Positions 45,467 to 59,100 of a stretch of DNA of 64,000 bases are shown piece by piece (the first letter of the stretch is position 1; every line of letters begins with the position of its first letter). Origin of the DNA: Auanema rhodensis (taxonomy: Eukaryota > Animalia > Nematoda). The translations under genes and the position numbers were made by a program. The notes under the pieces were generated by a model. The model was given only the letters and a program-made list of their open reading frames with translations, did not search any database and was not told the origin of the DNA. The DNA lies in NCBI GenBank assembly GCA_964057225.1, contig OZ059897.1, forward strand, positions 10,788,001-10,852,000, written 5' to 3'.

Positions 45467-46519
45467 TCAGTCATGTTCTGAATTTCGTTTTCTAGTGTCC
45501 ATTAAACTGAATTCATAAATTCGTGAAGAGAGATGTTGATAAATGTCATCCATTGATTGATCTAGAGGATCTGGTTGACGATATAGTTCACTCATTATAT
45601 AATGAGGAAATTTTTCAGCGCAAATAGCAAAGAAAAATGCAGGACCAATATGACTTCCAGCGGCTGTAATTTGACGATCATAGCTTTGGATCAAATCAAA
45701 TAATTGCTTACAGCTTTTTGCATCAGAAGCAGGAGATAAATTTTTCTTTTTCCTCAATAATTGAAGTTTATCTGTAGCATATCTCATATATGCATCTTCA
45801 AGTGCTTTTCTCAGTAAGAGATAGTTGTTTTCATTAGGTTCAATACCCCTTATAACGACCAAAGCTTTATCGGATAAGCCTTCGAGTAAAATGTTCACTT
45901 TATCAAGTATGGAATATTGTGAATTTTGATGTATCATGTTATTAAATCTTGACCAATAGAGTTTGAAATTTTCGGGTGTACCATCGAAAGTCGGTATTTG
46001 TGTTACCGGACGTTGAATGTGATTGCTTGTTTGTAACAATTGTAATAAATTTGAATAAATTTGTGTTGTTTCGGCACCAGTGCTTTCGATTACTTTTTCT
46101 TTCTTTTTCTCGGGAAGTAGTGATTCCACGAATGCAATTGCTGTTTTAATATGACTGATACGGTCAAGGAATAATAACCTTTGTTCGTCAGCTATATTGT
46201 AAGCTTGACGATTGTTTGGATTTTCTTCAAGTTCTTCGTATAATGCTTTCATTTCGTTTCGAAGTTCCTTATCAGAATCTTTGAAAACGGTTTGGTATTT
46301 TTCTATGTTTCTGTTCACTGTGTCGAGAGCAGTAGAGAGCTCGTTCAATACCAATTCATGATTGCGTAAAGTTGATTGCAGTAAAATAATTCTATCGTAT
46401 GTTATTTCTGAATCAGATACCCCGGCGGGTTCGTTGTCGAGAAGATTTGCGTAACGTTTGAGCAAAACGGATAAGAAGTCGTATGAACGACGAATTTTGT
46501 CAACAAATGAGGAGGCCAT
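45467..46519 (-). CDS. gag: Gag, copy 2
   Basis: Protein identical to 24577-25629. Confidence 0.9.
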   Translation of the reverse strand: MASSFVDKIRRSYDFLSVLLKRYANLLDNEPAGVSDSEITYDRIILLQSTLRNHELVLNELSTALDTVNRNIEKYQTVFKDSDKELRNEMKALYEELEENPNNRQAYNIADEQRLLFLDRISHIKTAIAFVESLLPEKKKEKVIESTGAETTQIYSNLLQLLQTSNHIQRPVTQIPTFDGTPENFKLYWSRFNNMIHQNSQYSILDKVNILLEGLSDKALVVIRGIEPNENNYLLLRKALEDAYMRYATDKLQLLRKKKNLSPASDAKSCKQLFDLIQSYDRQITAAGSHIGPAFFFAICAEKFPHYIMSELYRQPDPLDQSMDDIYQHLSSRIYEFSLMDTRKRNSEHD

Positions 46520-46788
46520 TTCTAACGCTGTGTGAGGCGTAATAGGTAAGCTTCTATAGCTGATAATGATAAATAAAATTCAGAAAATGAAAGTGAACAA
46601 GAAATGAAAGTTGTACAAAGTACAACAAATGAGTATGAGATATACGACTTGTCGTATCTTGGAGCGTTATTATGCTCCGAAATTATATCGATTACTGCAG
46701 GCAAATTCACGCCTGAGCTGATGGACTTAAGAGTCGCCACCAAATCAAATGATAAAGTACCTGTTGAAGCAGTGACCTGAGTCGTGAT

Positions 46789-46801
46789 GGTCGATGCACC
46801 A
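46789..46801 (-). promoter_or_regulatory. PBS for tRNA-Gly(GCC), copy 2
   Basis: + strand GGTCGATGCACCA. Confidence 0.88.
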
Positions 46802-46802
46802 A

Positions 46803-47098
46803 TGTCGCTTCGGCGAAGGTATTCGGTTGTCGGTATTCCGCTGAGAATTAATAGAACAGATAGCCAGCGGTAGAATGCTTTATTAAAGAATTAACAATTC
46901 AACAAAATATAGATCGTCTATAGTCCGTTGAGGTTTGGTTGAGGTATATCGTATTTTCCGATCCCAAGGATGAAGATATGGGAAGGCGGGCCGAAAAGTA
47001 CAATCTGAAATAGACAAAGTAAAGGAAAACGATAAAAACAAAACTGAAATGGAACAAAACATAGAAAAAAGGATAAAAAATAATCGCTAACCGCGACA
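46803..47098 (-). repeat. 5' LTR of copy 2
   Basis: Identical to 25913-26208 by eye. Confidence 0.96.
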
Positions 47099-47113
47099 TA
47101 GTTTGTAATACCG

Positions 47114-47179
47114 GCCCAAGTAGTATAGTGGTTAGTACTCCACGTTGTGGCCGTACAGGTTCGATTCCTGTCTTGGGCA
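47114..47179 (+). pseudogene. tRNA-His pseudogene with the same 6-bp deletion, next to copy 2
   Basis: GCCGTACAGG junction, as at 26224. Confidence 0.9.
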
Positions 47180-50100
47180 TTTTTTGTTTTGAAATTTAAA
47201 TGCTATAAAATTATTGCTTGCTTGTCATGTTAGATTTGTTTAATTTAAATACTTATTTAAGTTCCAACAATTTTCGATTTAATCACGTTCAATTAACTGT
47301 ATTGTTTTCAAAAATAAAGACATCTTTCAATTTCTGGTCATTGAATTAGAATTTTCATGTTGTCACACAGGAAATGAAGAATCTTAGTTCATTTCAGTAA
47401 CAATGAACACACTAACTTTGTTAAGTTGTTGTAATATCGGCCCAAGTAGTATAGTGGTTAGTACTCCACGTTGTGGCCGTGGCGACACAGGTTCGATTCC
47501 TGTCTTGGGCATTTTTTGTTTTGAAATTTAAATGCTATAAACATATTGCTTGCTTGTCTTGTTAGATTTGTTTAATTCAAATACTTATTTAAGTTCTAAC
47601 AATTTTCGATTTAATCACGTTCAATTAACTGTATTGTTTTCAAAAATAAAGACATCTTTCAATTTTTGGTCATTGATTAGAATTTTCATGTTGTCACACA
47701 GAAATTGAAGAATCTTAGTTCATTTCAGTAACAATGAACACACTAACTTTGTTAAGTTGTTGTAATATCGGCCCAAGTAGTATAGTGGTTAGTACTCCAC
47801 GTTGTGGCCGTGGCGACACAGGTTCGATTCCTGTCTTGGGCATTTTTTGTTTTGAAATTTAAATGCTATAAAATTATTGCTTGCTTGTCATGTTAGATTT
47901 GTTTAATTCAAATACTTATTTAAGTTCTAACAATTTTTGATTTAATCACGTTCAATTAACTGTATTGTTTTCAAAAATAAAGACATCTTTCAATTTCTGG
48001 TCATTGAATTAGAATTTTCATGTTGTCACACAGAAATTGAAGAATCTTAGTTCAATTCAGTAACAACGAACACACTAACTTTGTTAAGTTGTTGTAATAT
48101 CGGCCCAAATAATATAGTGGTTAGTACTCCACGTTGTGGCCGTGGCGACACAGATTCGATTCCTGTTTTGGGCATTTTTTATTTTGAAATTTAAATGCTA
48201 TAAAATTATTGCTTGCTTGTCATGTTAGATTTTTTTAATTTGAATACTTATTCAAGTTATAACAATTTTTGATTTAATCACGTTCAATCAACTGTATTGT
48301 TTTCAAAAATAAAGACATCTTTCAATTTCTGGTCATTGAATTAGAATTTTCATGTTGTCACACAGAAATTGAAGAATCTTAGTTCAATTCAGTAACAACG
48401 AACACACTAACTTTGTTAAGTTGTTGTAATATCGGCCCAAGTAATATTGTGGTTAGTACTCCACGTTGTGGCCGTGGCGACACAGATTCGATTCCTGTCT
48501 TGGGCATTTTTTGTTTTGAAATTAAAATGCTACAAAATTATTGCTTGCTTGTCATGTTAGATTTGTTTAATTCAAATACTTATTTAAGTTCTAACAATTA
48601 TCGATTTAATCACGTTCAATCAACTGTATTGTTTTCAAAAATAAAGACATCTTTCAATTTCTGGTCATTGAATTAGAATTTTCATGTTGTCACACAGAAA
48701 TTGAAGAATCTTAGTTCAATTCAGTAACAATGAACACACTAACTTTGTTAAGTTGTTGTTATATCGGCCCAAGTAATATAGTGGTTAGTACTCCACGTTG
48801 TGGCCGTGGCGACACAGATTCGATTCCTGTCTTGGGCATTTTTTGTTTTGAAATTAAAATGCTACAAAATTATTGCTTGCTTGTCATGTTAGATTTCTTT
48901 AATTTGAATACTTATTCAAGTTATAACAAATTTTCGATTCAATCACGTTTAACCAACTGTATTGTTTTCGAAAATAAAGACAAAATTCAATTTCTGTTCA
49001 TTGAATTAGAATTTTCATGTTGTCACACAGAAATTGAAGAATCTTAGTTCAATTCAGTAACAATGAACACACTAACTTTGTTAAGTTGTTGTAATATCGG
49101 CCCAAGTAATATAGTGGTTAGTACTCCACGTTGTGGCCGTGGCGACACAGGTTCGATTCCTGTCTTGGGCATTTTTTGTTTTGAAATTTAAATGCTATGA
49201 AATTATTGCTTGCTTGTCATGTTAGATTTGTTTAATTTAAATACTTATTTAAGTTCCAACAATTTTTGATTAAATCACGTTCAATTAACTGTATTGTTCT
49301 CAAAAATAAAGACAAAATTCAATTTCTGTTCATTGAATTAGAATTTTCATGTTGTCACACAGGAAATGAAGAATCTTAGTTCATTTCAGTAATAATGAAC
49401 ACAATAACTTTGTTTAGTTGTTGTAATACCGGCCCAAGTAGTATAGTGGTTAGTACTCCACGTTGTGGCCGTGGCGACACAGATTCGATTCCTGTCTTGG
49501 GCATTTTTTGTTTTGAAATTAAAATGCTATAAAATTATTGCTTGCTTGTCATGTTAGATTTGTTTAATTTAAATACTCATTTAAGTTCCAACAATTTTCG
49601 ATTAAATCACGTTCATTTAACTGTATTGTTTTCAAAAATAAAGACAAAATTCAATTTCTGTTCATTGAATTAGAATTTTCATGTTGTCACACAGAAATTG
49701 AAGAATCTTAGTTCATTTTAGTAACAATGAACACACTAACTTTGTTAAGTTGTTGTAATATCGGCCCAAGTAGTATAGTGGTTAGTACTCCACGTTGTGG
49801 CCGTGGCGACACAGGTTCGATTCCTGTCTTGGGCATTTTTTGTTTTGAAATTTAAATGCTATAAACATATTGCTTGCTTGTCATGTTAGATTTGTTTAAT
49901 CCAAATACTTATTTAAGTTCTATCAATTTTTGATTAAATCACGTTCAATTAACTGTATTGTTTTCAAAAATAAAGACAAAATTCAATTTCTGTTCATTGA
50001 ATTAGAATTTTCATGTTGTCACACAGGAAATGAAGAATCTTAGTTCATTTCAGTAACAATGAACACAATAACTTTGTTTAGTTGTTGTAATACCGGCCCA

Positions 50101-53100
50101 AGTAGTATAGTGGTTAGTACTCCACGTTGTGGCCGTGGCGACACAGATTCGATTCCTGTCTTGGGCATTTTTTGTTTTGAAATTAAAATGCTATAAAATT
50201 ATTGCTTGCTTGTCATGTTAGATTTGTTTAATTTAAATACTCATTTAAGTTCCAACAATTTTCGATTAAATCACGTTCATTTAACTGTATTGTTTTCAAA
50301 AATAAAGACAAAATTCAATTTCTGTTCATTGAATTAGAATTTTCATGTTGTCACACAGAAATTGAAGAATCTTAGTTCATTTTAGTAACAATGAACACAC
50401 TAACTTTGTTAAGTTGTTGTAATATCGGCCCAAGTAGTATAGTGGTTAGTACTCCACGTTGTGGCCGTGGCGACACAGGTTCGATTCCTGTCTTGGGCAT
50501 TTTTTGTTTTGAAATTTAAATGCTATAAACATATTGCTTGCTTGTCATGTTAGATTTGTTTAATCCAAATACTTATTTAAGTTCTATCAATTTTTGATTA
50601 AATCACGTTCAATTAACTGTATTGTATTCAAAAATAAAGACAAAATTCAATTTCTGTTCATTGAATTAGAATTATCATGTTGTCACACATGAAATGAAGA
50701 ATCTTAGTTCATTTCAGTAACAATGAACACAATAACTTTGTTTAGTTGTTGTAATACCGGCCCAAGTAGTATAGTGGTTAGTACTCCACGTTGTGGCCGT
50801 GGCGACACAGATTCGATTCCTGTCTTGGGCATTTTTTGTTTTGAAATTTAAATGCTATAAACATATTGCTTGCTTGTCATGTTAGATTTCTTCAATTTGA
50901 ATACTTATTCAAGTTATAACAATTTTTGATTTAATCACGTTCAATTAACTGTATTGTTTTCAAAAATAAAGACATCTTTCAATTTCTGGTCATTGAATTA
51001 GAATTTTCATGTTGTCACACAGAAATTGAAGAATCTTAGTTCATTTCAGTAACAATGAACACACTAACTTTGTTAAGTTGTTGTAATATCGGCCCAAGTA
51101 GTATGGTGGTTAGTACTCCACGTTGTGGCCGTGGCGACACAGATTCGATTCCTGTCTTGGGCATTTTTTGTTCTGAAATTAAAGTGCTATAAACATATTG
51201 CTTGCTTGTCATGTTAGATTTGTTTAATTCAAATACTTATTTAAGTTCTAACAATTTTTGATTTAATCACGTTCAATCAACTGTATTGTTTTCAAAAATA
51301 AAGACATCTTTCAATTTCTGGTCATTGAATTAGAATTTTCATGTTGTCACACAGAAATTGAAGAATCTTAGTTCATTTCAGTAACAATGAACACACTAAC
51401 TTTGTTAAGTTGTTGTAATATCGGCCCAAGTAGTATAGTGGTTAGTACTCCACGTTGTGGCCGTGGCGACACAGGTTCGATTCCTGTCTTGGGCATTTTT
51501 TGTTTTGAAATTAAAATGCTATAAACATATTGCTTGCTTGTCATGTTAGATTTGTTTAATTCAAATACTTATTTAAGTTCTAACAATTTTTGATTTAATC
51601 ACGTTCAATTAACAGTATTGTTTTCAAAAATGAAGACATCTTTCAATTTTTGGTCATTGATTAGAATTTTCATGTTGTCACACAGAAATTGAAGAATCTT
51701 AGTTCATTTCAGTAACAATGAACACACTAACTTTGTTAAGTTGTTGTAATATCGGCCCAAGTAGTATAGTGGTTAGTACTCCACGTTGTGGCCGTGGCGA
51801 CACAGGTTCGATTCCTGTCTTGGGCATTTTTTGTTTTGAAATTTAAATGCTATAAAATTATTGCTTGCTTGTCATGTTAGATTTGTTTAATTCAAATACT
51901 TATTTAAATTCTAACAATTTTTGATTTAATCACGTTCAATTAACTGTATTGTTTTCAAAAATAAAGACATCTTTCAATTTCTGGTCATTGAATTAGAATT
52001 TTCATGTTGTCACACAGAAATTGAAGAATCTTAGTTCATTTTAGTAACAATAAACACACTAACTTTGTTAAGTTGTTGTAATATCGGCCCAAGTAGTATG
52101 GTGGTTAGTACTCCACGTTGTGGCCGTGGCGACACAGATTCGATTCCTGTCTTGGGCATTTTTTGTTCTGAAATTAAAGTGCTATAAACATATTGCTTGC
52201 TTGTCATGTTAGATTTGTTTAATTCAAATACTTATTTAAGTTCTAACAATTTTTGATTTAATCACGTTCAATCAACTGTATTGTTTTCAAAAATAAAGAC
52301 ATCTTTCAATTTCTGGTCATTGAATTAGAATTTTCATGTTGTCACACAGAAATTGAAGAATCTTAGTTCATTTCAGTAACAATGAACACACTAACTTTGT
52401 TAAGTTGTTGTAATATCGGCCCAAGTAGTATAGTGGTTAGTACTCCACGTTGTGGCCGTGGCGACACAGGTTCGATTCCTGTCTTGGGCATTTTTTGTTT
52501 TGAAATTAAAATGCTATAAACATATTGCTTGCTTGTCATGTTAGATTTGTTTAATTCAAATACTTATTTAAGTTCTAACAATTTTTGATTTAATCACGTT
52601 CAATTAACAGTATTGTTTTCAAAAATGAAGACATCTTTCAATTTTTGGTCATTGATTAGAATTTTCATGTTGTCACACAGAAATTGAAGAATCTTAGTTC
52701 ATTTCAGTAACAATGAACACACTAACTTTGTTAAGTTGTTGTAATATCGGCCCAAGTAGTATAGTGGTTAGTACTCCACGTTGTGGCCGTGGCGACACAG
52801 GTTCGATTCCTGTCTTGGGCATTTTTTGTTTTGAAATTTAAATGCTATAAAATTATTGCTTGCTTGTCATGTTAGATTTGTTTAATTCAAATACTTATTT
52901 AAATTCTAACAATTTTTGATTTAATCACGTTCAATTAACTGTATTGTTTTCAAAAATAAAGACATCTTTCAATTTCTGGTCATTGAATTAGAATTTTCAT
53001 GTTGTCACACAGGAAATGAGGAATCTTAGTTCATTTCAGTAACAGTGAACACAATAATTTTGTTTAGTTTGTAATACCGGCCCAAGTAGTATAGTGGTTA

Positions 53101-56100
53101 GTACTCCACGTTGTGGCCGTGGCGACACAGGTTCGATTCCTGTCTTGGGCATTTTTTGTTCTGAAATTAAAGTGCTATAAACATATTGCTTGCTTGTCAT
53201 GTTAGATTTGTTTAATTCAAATACTTATTTAAGTTCTAACAATTTTTGATTTAATCACGTTCAATCAACTGTATTGTTTTCAAAAATAAAGACATCTTTC
53301 AATTTCTGGTCATTGAATTAGAATTTTCATGTTGTCACACAGAAATTGAAGAATCTTAGTTCATTTCAGTAACAATGAACACACTAACTTTGTTAAGTTG
53401 TTGTAATATCGGCCCAAGTAGTATAGTGGTTAGTACTCCACGTTGTGGCCGTGGCGACACAGGTTCGATTCCTGTCTTGGGCATTTTTTGTTTTGAAATT
53501 AAAATGCTATAAACATATTGCTTGCTTGTCATGTTAGATTTGTTTAATTCAAATACTTATTTAAGTTCTAACAATTTTTGATTTAATCACGTTCAATTAA
53601 CAGTATTGTTTTCAAAAATGAAGACATCTTTCAATTTTTGGTCATTGATTAGAATTTTCATGTTGTCACACAGAAATTGAAGAATCTTAGTTCATTTCAG
53701 TAACAATGAACACACTAACTTTGTTAAGTTGTTGTAATATCGGCCCAAGTAGTATAGTGGTTAGTACTCCACGTTGTGGCCGTGGCGACACAGGTTCGAT
53801 TCCTGTCTTGGGCATTTTTTGTTTTGAAATTTAAATGCTATAAAATTATTGCTTGCTTGTCATGTTAGATTTGTTTAATTCAAATACTTATTTAAATTCT
53901 AACAATTTTTGATTTAATCACGTTCAATTAACTGTATTGTTTTCAAAAATAAAGACATCTTTCAATTTCTGGTCATTGAATTAGAATTTTCATGTTGTCA
54001 CACAGGAAATGAGGAATCTTAGTTCATTTCAGTAACAGTGAACACAATAATTTTGTTTAGTTTGTAATACCGGCCCAAGTAGTATAGTGGTTAGTACTCC
54101 ACGTTGTGGCCGTGGCGACACAGGTTCGATTCCTGTCTTGGGCATTTTTTGTTTTGAAATTTAAATGCTATGAAATTATTGCTTGCTTGTCATGTTAGAT
54201 TTGTTTAATTTAAATACTTGTTTAAGTTCCAACAATTTTTGATTAAATCACGTTCAATTAACTGTATTGTTTTCAAAAATAAAGACATCTTTCAATTTCT
54301 GGTCATTGAATTAGAATTTTCATGTTGTCACACAGAAATTGAAGAATCTTAGTTCATTTCAGTAACAATGAACACACTAACTTTGTTAAGTTGTTGTAAT
54401 ATCGGCCCAAGTAGTATAGTGATTAGTACTCCACGTTGTGGCCGTAGCGACACAGGTTCGATTCCTGTCTTGGGCATTTTTTGTTTTGAAATTTAAATGC
54501 TATGAAATTATTGCTTGCTTGTCATGTTAGATTTGTTTAATTTAAATACTTGTTTAAGTTCCAACAATTTTTGATTAAATCACGTTCAATTAACTGTATT
54601 GTTTTCAAAAATAAAGACATCTTTCAATTTCTGGTCATTGAATTAGAATTTTCATGTTGTCACACAGAAATTGAAGAATCTTAGTTCATTTCAGTAACAA
54701 TGAACACACTAACTTTGTTAAGTTGTTGTAATATCGGCCCAAGTAGTATAGTGCTTAGTACTCCACGTTGTGGCCGTGGCGACACAGGTTCGATTCCTGT
54801 CTTGGGCATTTTTTGTTTTGAAATTAAAATGCTATAAACATATTGCTTGCTTGTCATGTTAGATTTGTTTAATTCAAATACTTATTTAAGTTCTAACAAT
54901 TTTTGATTTAATCACGTTCAATTAACAGTATTGTTTTCAAAAATGAAGACATCTTTCAATTTTTGGTCATTGATTAGAATTTTCATGTTGTCACACAGAA
55001 ATTGAAGAATCTTAGTTCATTTCAGTAACAATGAACACACTAACTTTGTTAAGTTGTTGTAATATCGGCCCAAGTAGTATAGTGGTTAGTACTCCACGTT
55101 GTGGCCGTGGCGACACAGGTTCGATTCCTGTCTTGGGCATTTTTTGTTTTGAAATTTAAATGCTATAAACATATTGCTTGCTTGTCATGTTAGATTTCTT
55201 CAATTTGAATACTTATTCAAGTTATAACAATTTTTGATTTAATCACGTTCAATTAACTGTATTGTTTTCAAAAATAAAGACATCTTTCAATTTCTGGTCA
55301 TTGAATTAGAATTTTCATGTTGTCACACAGAAATTGAAGAATCTTAGTTCATTTCAGTAACAATGAACACACTAACTTTGTTAAGTTGTTGTAATATCGG
55401 CCCAAGTAGTATAGTGGTTAGTACTCCACGTTGTGGCCGTGGCGACACAGGTTCGATTCCTGTCTTGGGCATTTTTTGTTTTGAAATTAAAATGCTATAA
55501 ACATATTGCTTGCTTGTCATGTTAGATTTGTTTAATTCAAATACTTATTTAAGTTCTAACAATTTTTGATTTAATCACGTTCAATTAACCGTATTGTTTT
55601 CAAAAATGAAGACATCTTTCAATTTTTGGTCATTGATTAGAATTTTCATGTTGTCACACAGAAATTGAAGAATCTTAGTTCATTTCAGTAACAATGAACA
55701 CACTAACTTTGTTAAGTTGTTGTAATATCGGCCCAAGTAGTATAGTGGTTAGTACTCCACGTTGTGGCCGTGGCGACACAGGTTCGATTCCTGTCTTGGG
55801 CATTTTTTGTTTTGAAATTTAAATGCTATAAAATTATTGCTTGCTTGTCATGTTAGATTTGTTTAATTCAAATACTTATTTAAATTCTAACAATTTTTGA
55901 TTTAATCACGTTCAATTAACTGTATTGTTTTCAAAAATAAAGACATCTTTCAATTTCTGGTCATTGAATTAGAATTTTCATGTTGTCACACAGGAAATGA
56001 GGAATCTTAGTTCATTTCAGTAACAGTGAACACAATAATTTTGTTTAGTTTGTAATACCGGCCCAAGTAGTATAGTGGTTAGTACTCCACGTTGTGGCCG

Positions 56101-59100
56101 TGGCGACACAGGTTCGATTCCTGTCTTGGGCATTTTTTGTTTTGAAATTTAAATGCTATGAAATTATTGCTTGCTTGTCATGTTAGATTTGTTTAATTTA
56201 AATACTTGTTTAAGTTCCAACAATTTTTGATTAAATCACGTTCAATTAACTGTATTGTTTTCAAAAATAAAGACATCTTTCAATTTCTGGTCATTGAATT
56301 AGAATTTTCATGTTGTCACACAGAAATTGAAGAATCTTAGTTCATTTCAGTAACAATGAACACACTAACTTTGTTAAGTTGTTGTAATATCGGCCCAAGT
56401 AGTATAGTGATTAGTACTCCACGTTGTGGCCGTAGCGACACAGGTTCGATTCCTGTCTTGGGCATTTTTTGTTTTGAAATTTAAATGCTATGAAATTATT
56501 GCTTGCTTGTCATGTTAGATTTGTTTAATTTAAATACTTGTTTAAGTTCCAACAATTTTTGATTAAATCACGTTCAATTAACTGTATTGTTTTCAAAAAT
56601 AAAGACATCTTTCAATTTCTGGTCATTGAATTAGAATTTTCATGTTGTCACACAGAAATTGAAGAATCTTAGTTCATTTCAGTAACAATGAACACACTAA
56701 CTTTGTTAAGTTGTTGTAATATCGGCCCAAGTAGTATAGTGCTTAGTACTCCACGTTGTGGCCGTGGCGACACAGGTTCGATTCCTGTCTTGGGCATTTT
56801 TTGTTTTGAAATTAAAATGCTATAAACATATTGCTTGCTTGTCATGTTAGATTTGTTTAATTCAAATACTTATTTAAGTTCTAACAATTTTTGATTTAAT
56901 CACGTTCAATTAACAGTATTGTTTTCAAAAATGAAGACATCTTTCAATTTTTGGTCATTGATTAGAATTTTCATGTTGTCACACAGAAATTGAAGAATCT
57001 TAGTTCATTTCAGTAACAATGAACACACTAACTTTGTTAAGTTGTTGTAATATCGGCCCAAGTAGTATAGTGGTTAGTACTCCACGTTGTGGCCGTGGCG
57101 ACACAGGTTCGATTCCTGTCTTGGGCATTTTTTGTTTTGAAATTTAAATGCTATAAAATTATTGCTTGCTTGTCATGTTAGATTTGTTTAATTCAAATAC
57201 TTATTTAAATTCTAACAATTTTTGATTTAATCACGTTCAATTAACTGTATTGTTTTCAAAAATAAAGACATCTTTCAATTTCTGGTCATTGAATTAGAAT
57301 TTTCATGTTGTCACACAGGAAATGAGGAATCTTAGTTCATTTCAGTAACAGTGAACACAATAATTTTGTTTAGTTTGTAATACCGGCCCAAGTAGTATAG
57401 TGGTTAGTACTCCACGTTGTGGCCGTGGCGACACAGGTTCGATTCCTGTCTTGGGCATTTTTTGTTTTGAAATTTAAATGCTATGAAATTATTGCTTGCT
57501 TGTCATGTTAGATTTGTTTAATTTAAATACTTGTTTAAGTTCCAACAATTTTTGATTAAATCACGTTCAATTAACTGTATTGTTTTCAAAAATAAAGACA
57601 TCTTTCAATTTCTGGTCATTGAATTAGAATTTTCATGTTGTCACACAGAAATTGAAGAATCTTAGTTCATTTCAGTAACAATGAACACACTAACTTTGTT
57701 AAGTTGTTGTAATATCGGCCCAAGTAGTATAGTGATTAGTACTCCACGTTGTGGCCGTGGCGACACAGGTTCGATTCCTGTCTTGGGCATTTTTTGTTTT
57801 GAAGTTAAAATGCTATAAACATATTGCTTGCTTGTCATGTTAGATTTGTTTAATTCAAATACTTATTTAAGTTCTAACAATTTTTGATTTAATCACGTTC
57901 AATTAACAGTATTGTTTTCAAAAATGAAGACATCTTTCAATTTTTGGTCATTGATTAGAATTTTCATGTTGTCACACAGAAATTGAAGAATCTTAGTTCA
58001 TTTCAGTAACAATGAACACACTAACTTTGTTAAGTTGTTGTAATATCGGCCCAAGTAGTATAGTGGTTAGTACTCCACGTTGTGGCCGTGGCGACACAGG
58101 TTCGATTCCTGTCTTGGGCATTTTTTGTTTTGAAATTTAAATGCTATAAAATTATTGCTTGCTTGTCATGTTAGATTTGTTTAATTCAAATACTTATTTA
58201 AATTCTAACAATTTTTGATTTAATCACGTTCAATTAACTGTATTGTTTTCAAAAATAAAGACATCTTTCAATTTCTGGTCATTGAATTAGAATTTTCATG
58301 TTGTCACACAGGAAATGAGGAATCTTAGTTCATTTCAGTAACAGTGAACACAATAATTTTGTTTAGTTTGTAATACCGGCCCAAGTAGTATAGTGGTTAG
58401 TACTCCACGTTGTGGCCGTGGCGACACAGGTTCGATTCCTGTCTTGGGCATTTTTTGTTTTGAAATTTAAATGCTATGAAATTATTGCTTGCTTGTCATG
58501 TTAGATTTGTTTAATTTAAATACTTGTTTAAGTTCCAACAATTTTTGATTAAATCACGTTCAATTAACTGTATTGTTTTCAAAAATAAAGACATCTTTCA
58601 ATTTCTGGTCATTGAATTAGAATTTTCATGTTGTCACACAGAAATTGAAGAATCTTAGTTCATTTCAGTAACAATGAACACACTAACTTTGTTAAGTTGT
58701 TGTAATATCGGCCCAAGTAGTATAGTGATTAGTACTCCACGTTGTGGCCGTGGCGACACAGGTTCGATTCCTGTCTTGGGCATTTTTTGTTTTGAAATTT
58801 AAATGCTATAAAATTATTGCTTGCTTGTCATGTTAGATTTGTTTAATTCAAATACTTATTTAAATTCTAACAATTTTTGATTTAATCACGTTCAATTAAC
58901 TGTATTGTTTTCAAAAATAAAGACATCTTTCAATTTCTGGTCATTGAATTAGAATTTTCATGTTGTCACACAGGAAATGAGGAATCTTAGTTCATTTCAG
59001 TAACAGTGAACACAATAATTTTGTTTAGTTTGTAATACCGGCCCAAGTAGTATAGTGGTTAGTACTCCACGTTGTGGCCGTGGCGACACAGGTTCGATTC

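Larger units (their letters stand above)
37817..47098 (-). mobile_element. BEL/Pao LTR retroelement with env, copy 2 (near-identical duplicate of copy 1)
   Basis: Colinear at +20,890; TSD TAGTT at 37812-37816 and 47099-47103; about 10 SNPs seen versus copy 1. Confidence 0.97.

Noticed and set aside
16927-47098. Two independent site-specific insertions
   Set aside because: Shared private flank SNPs, shared adjacent deletion and identical LTR mismatches indicate duplication of one event.
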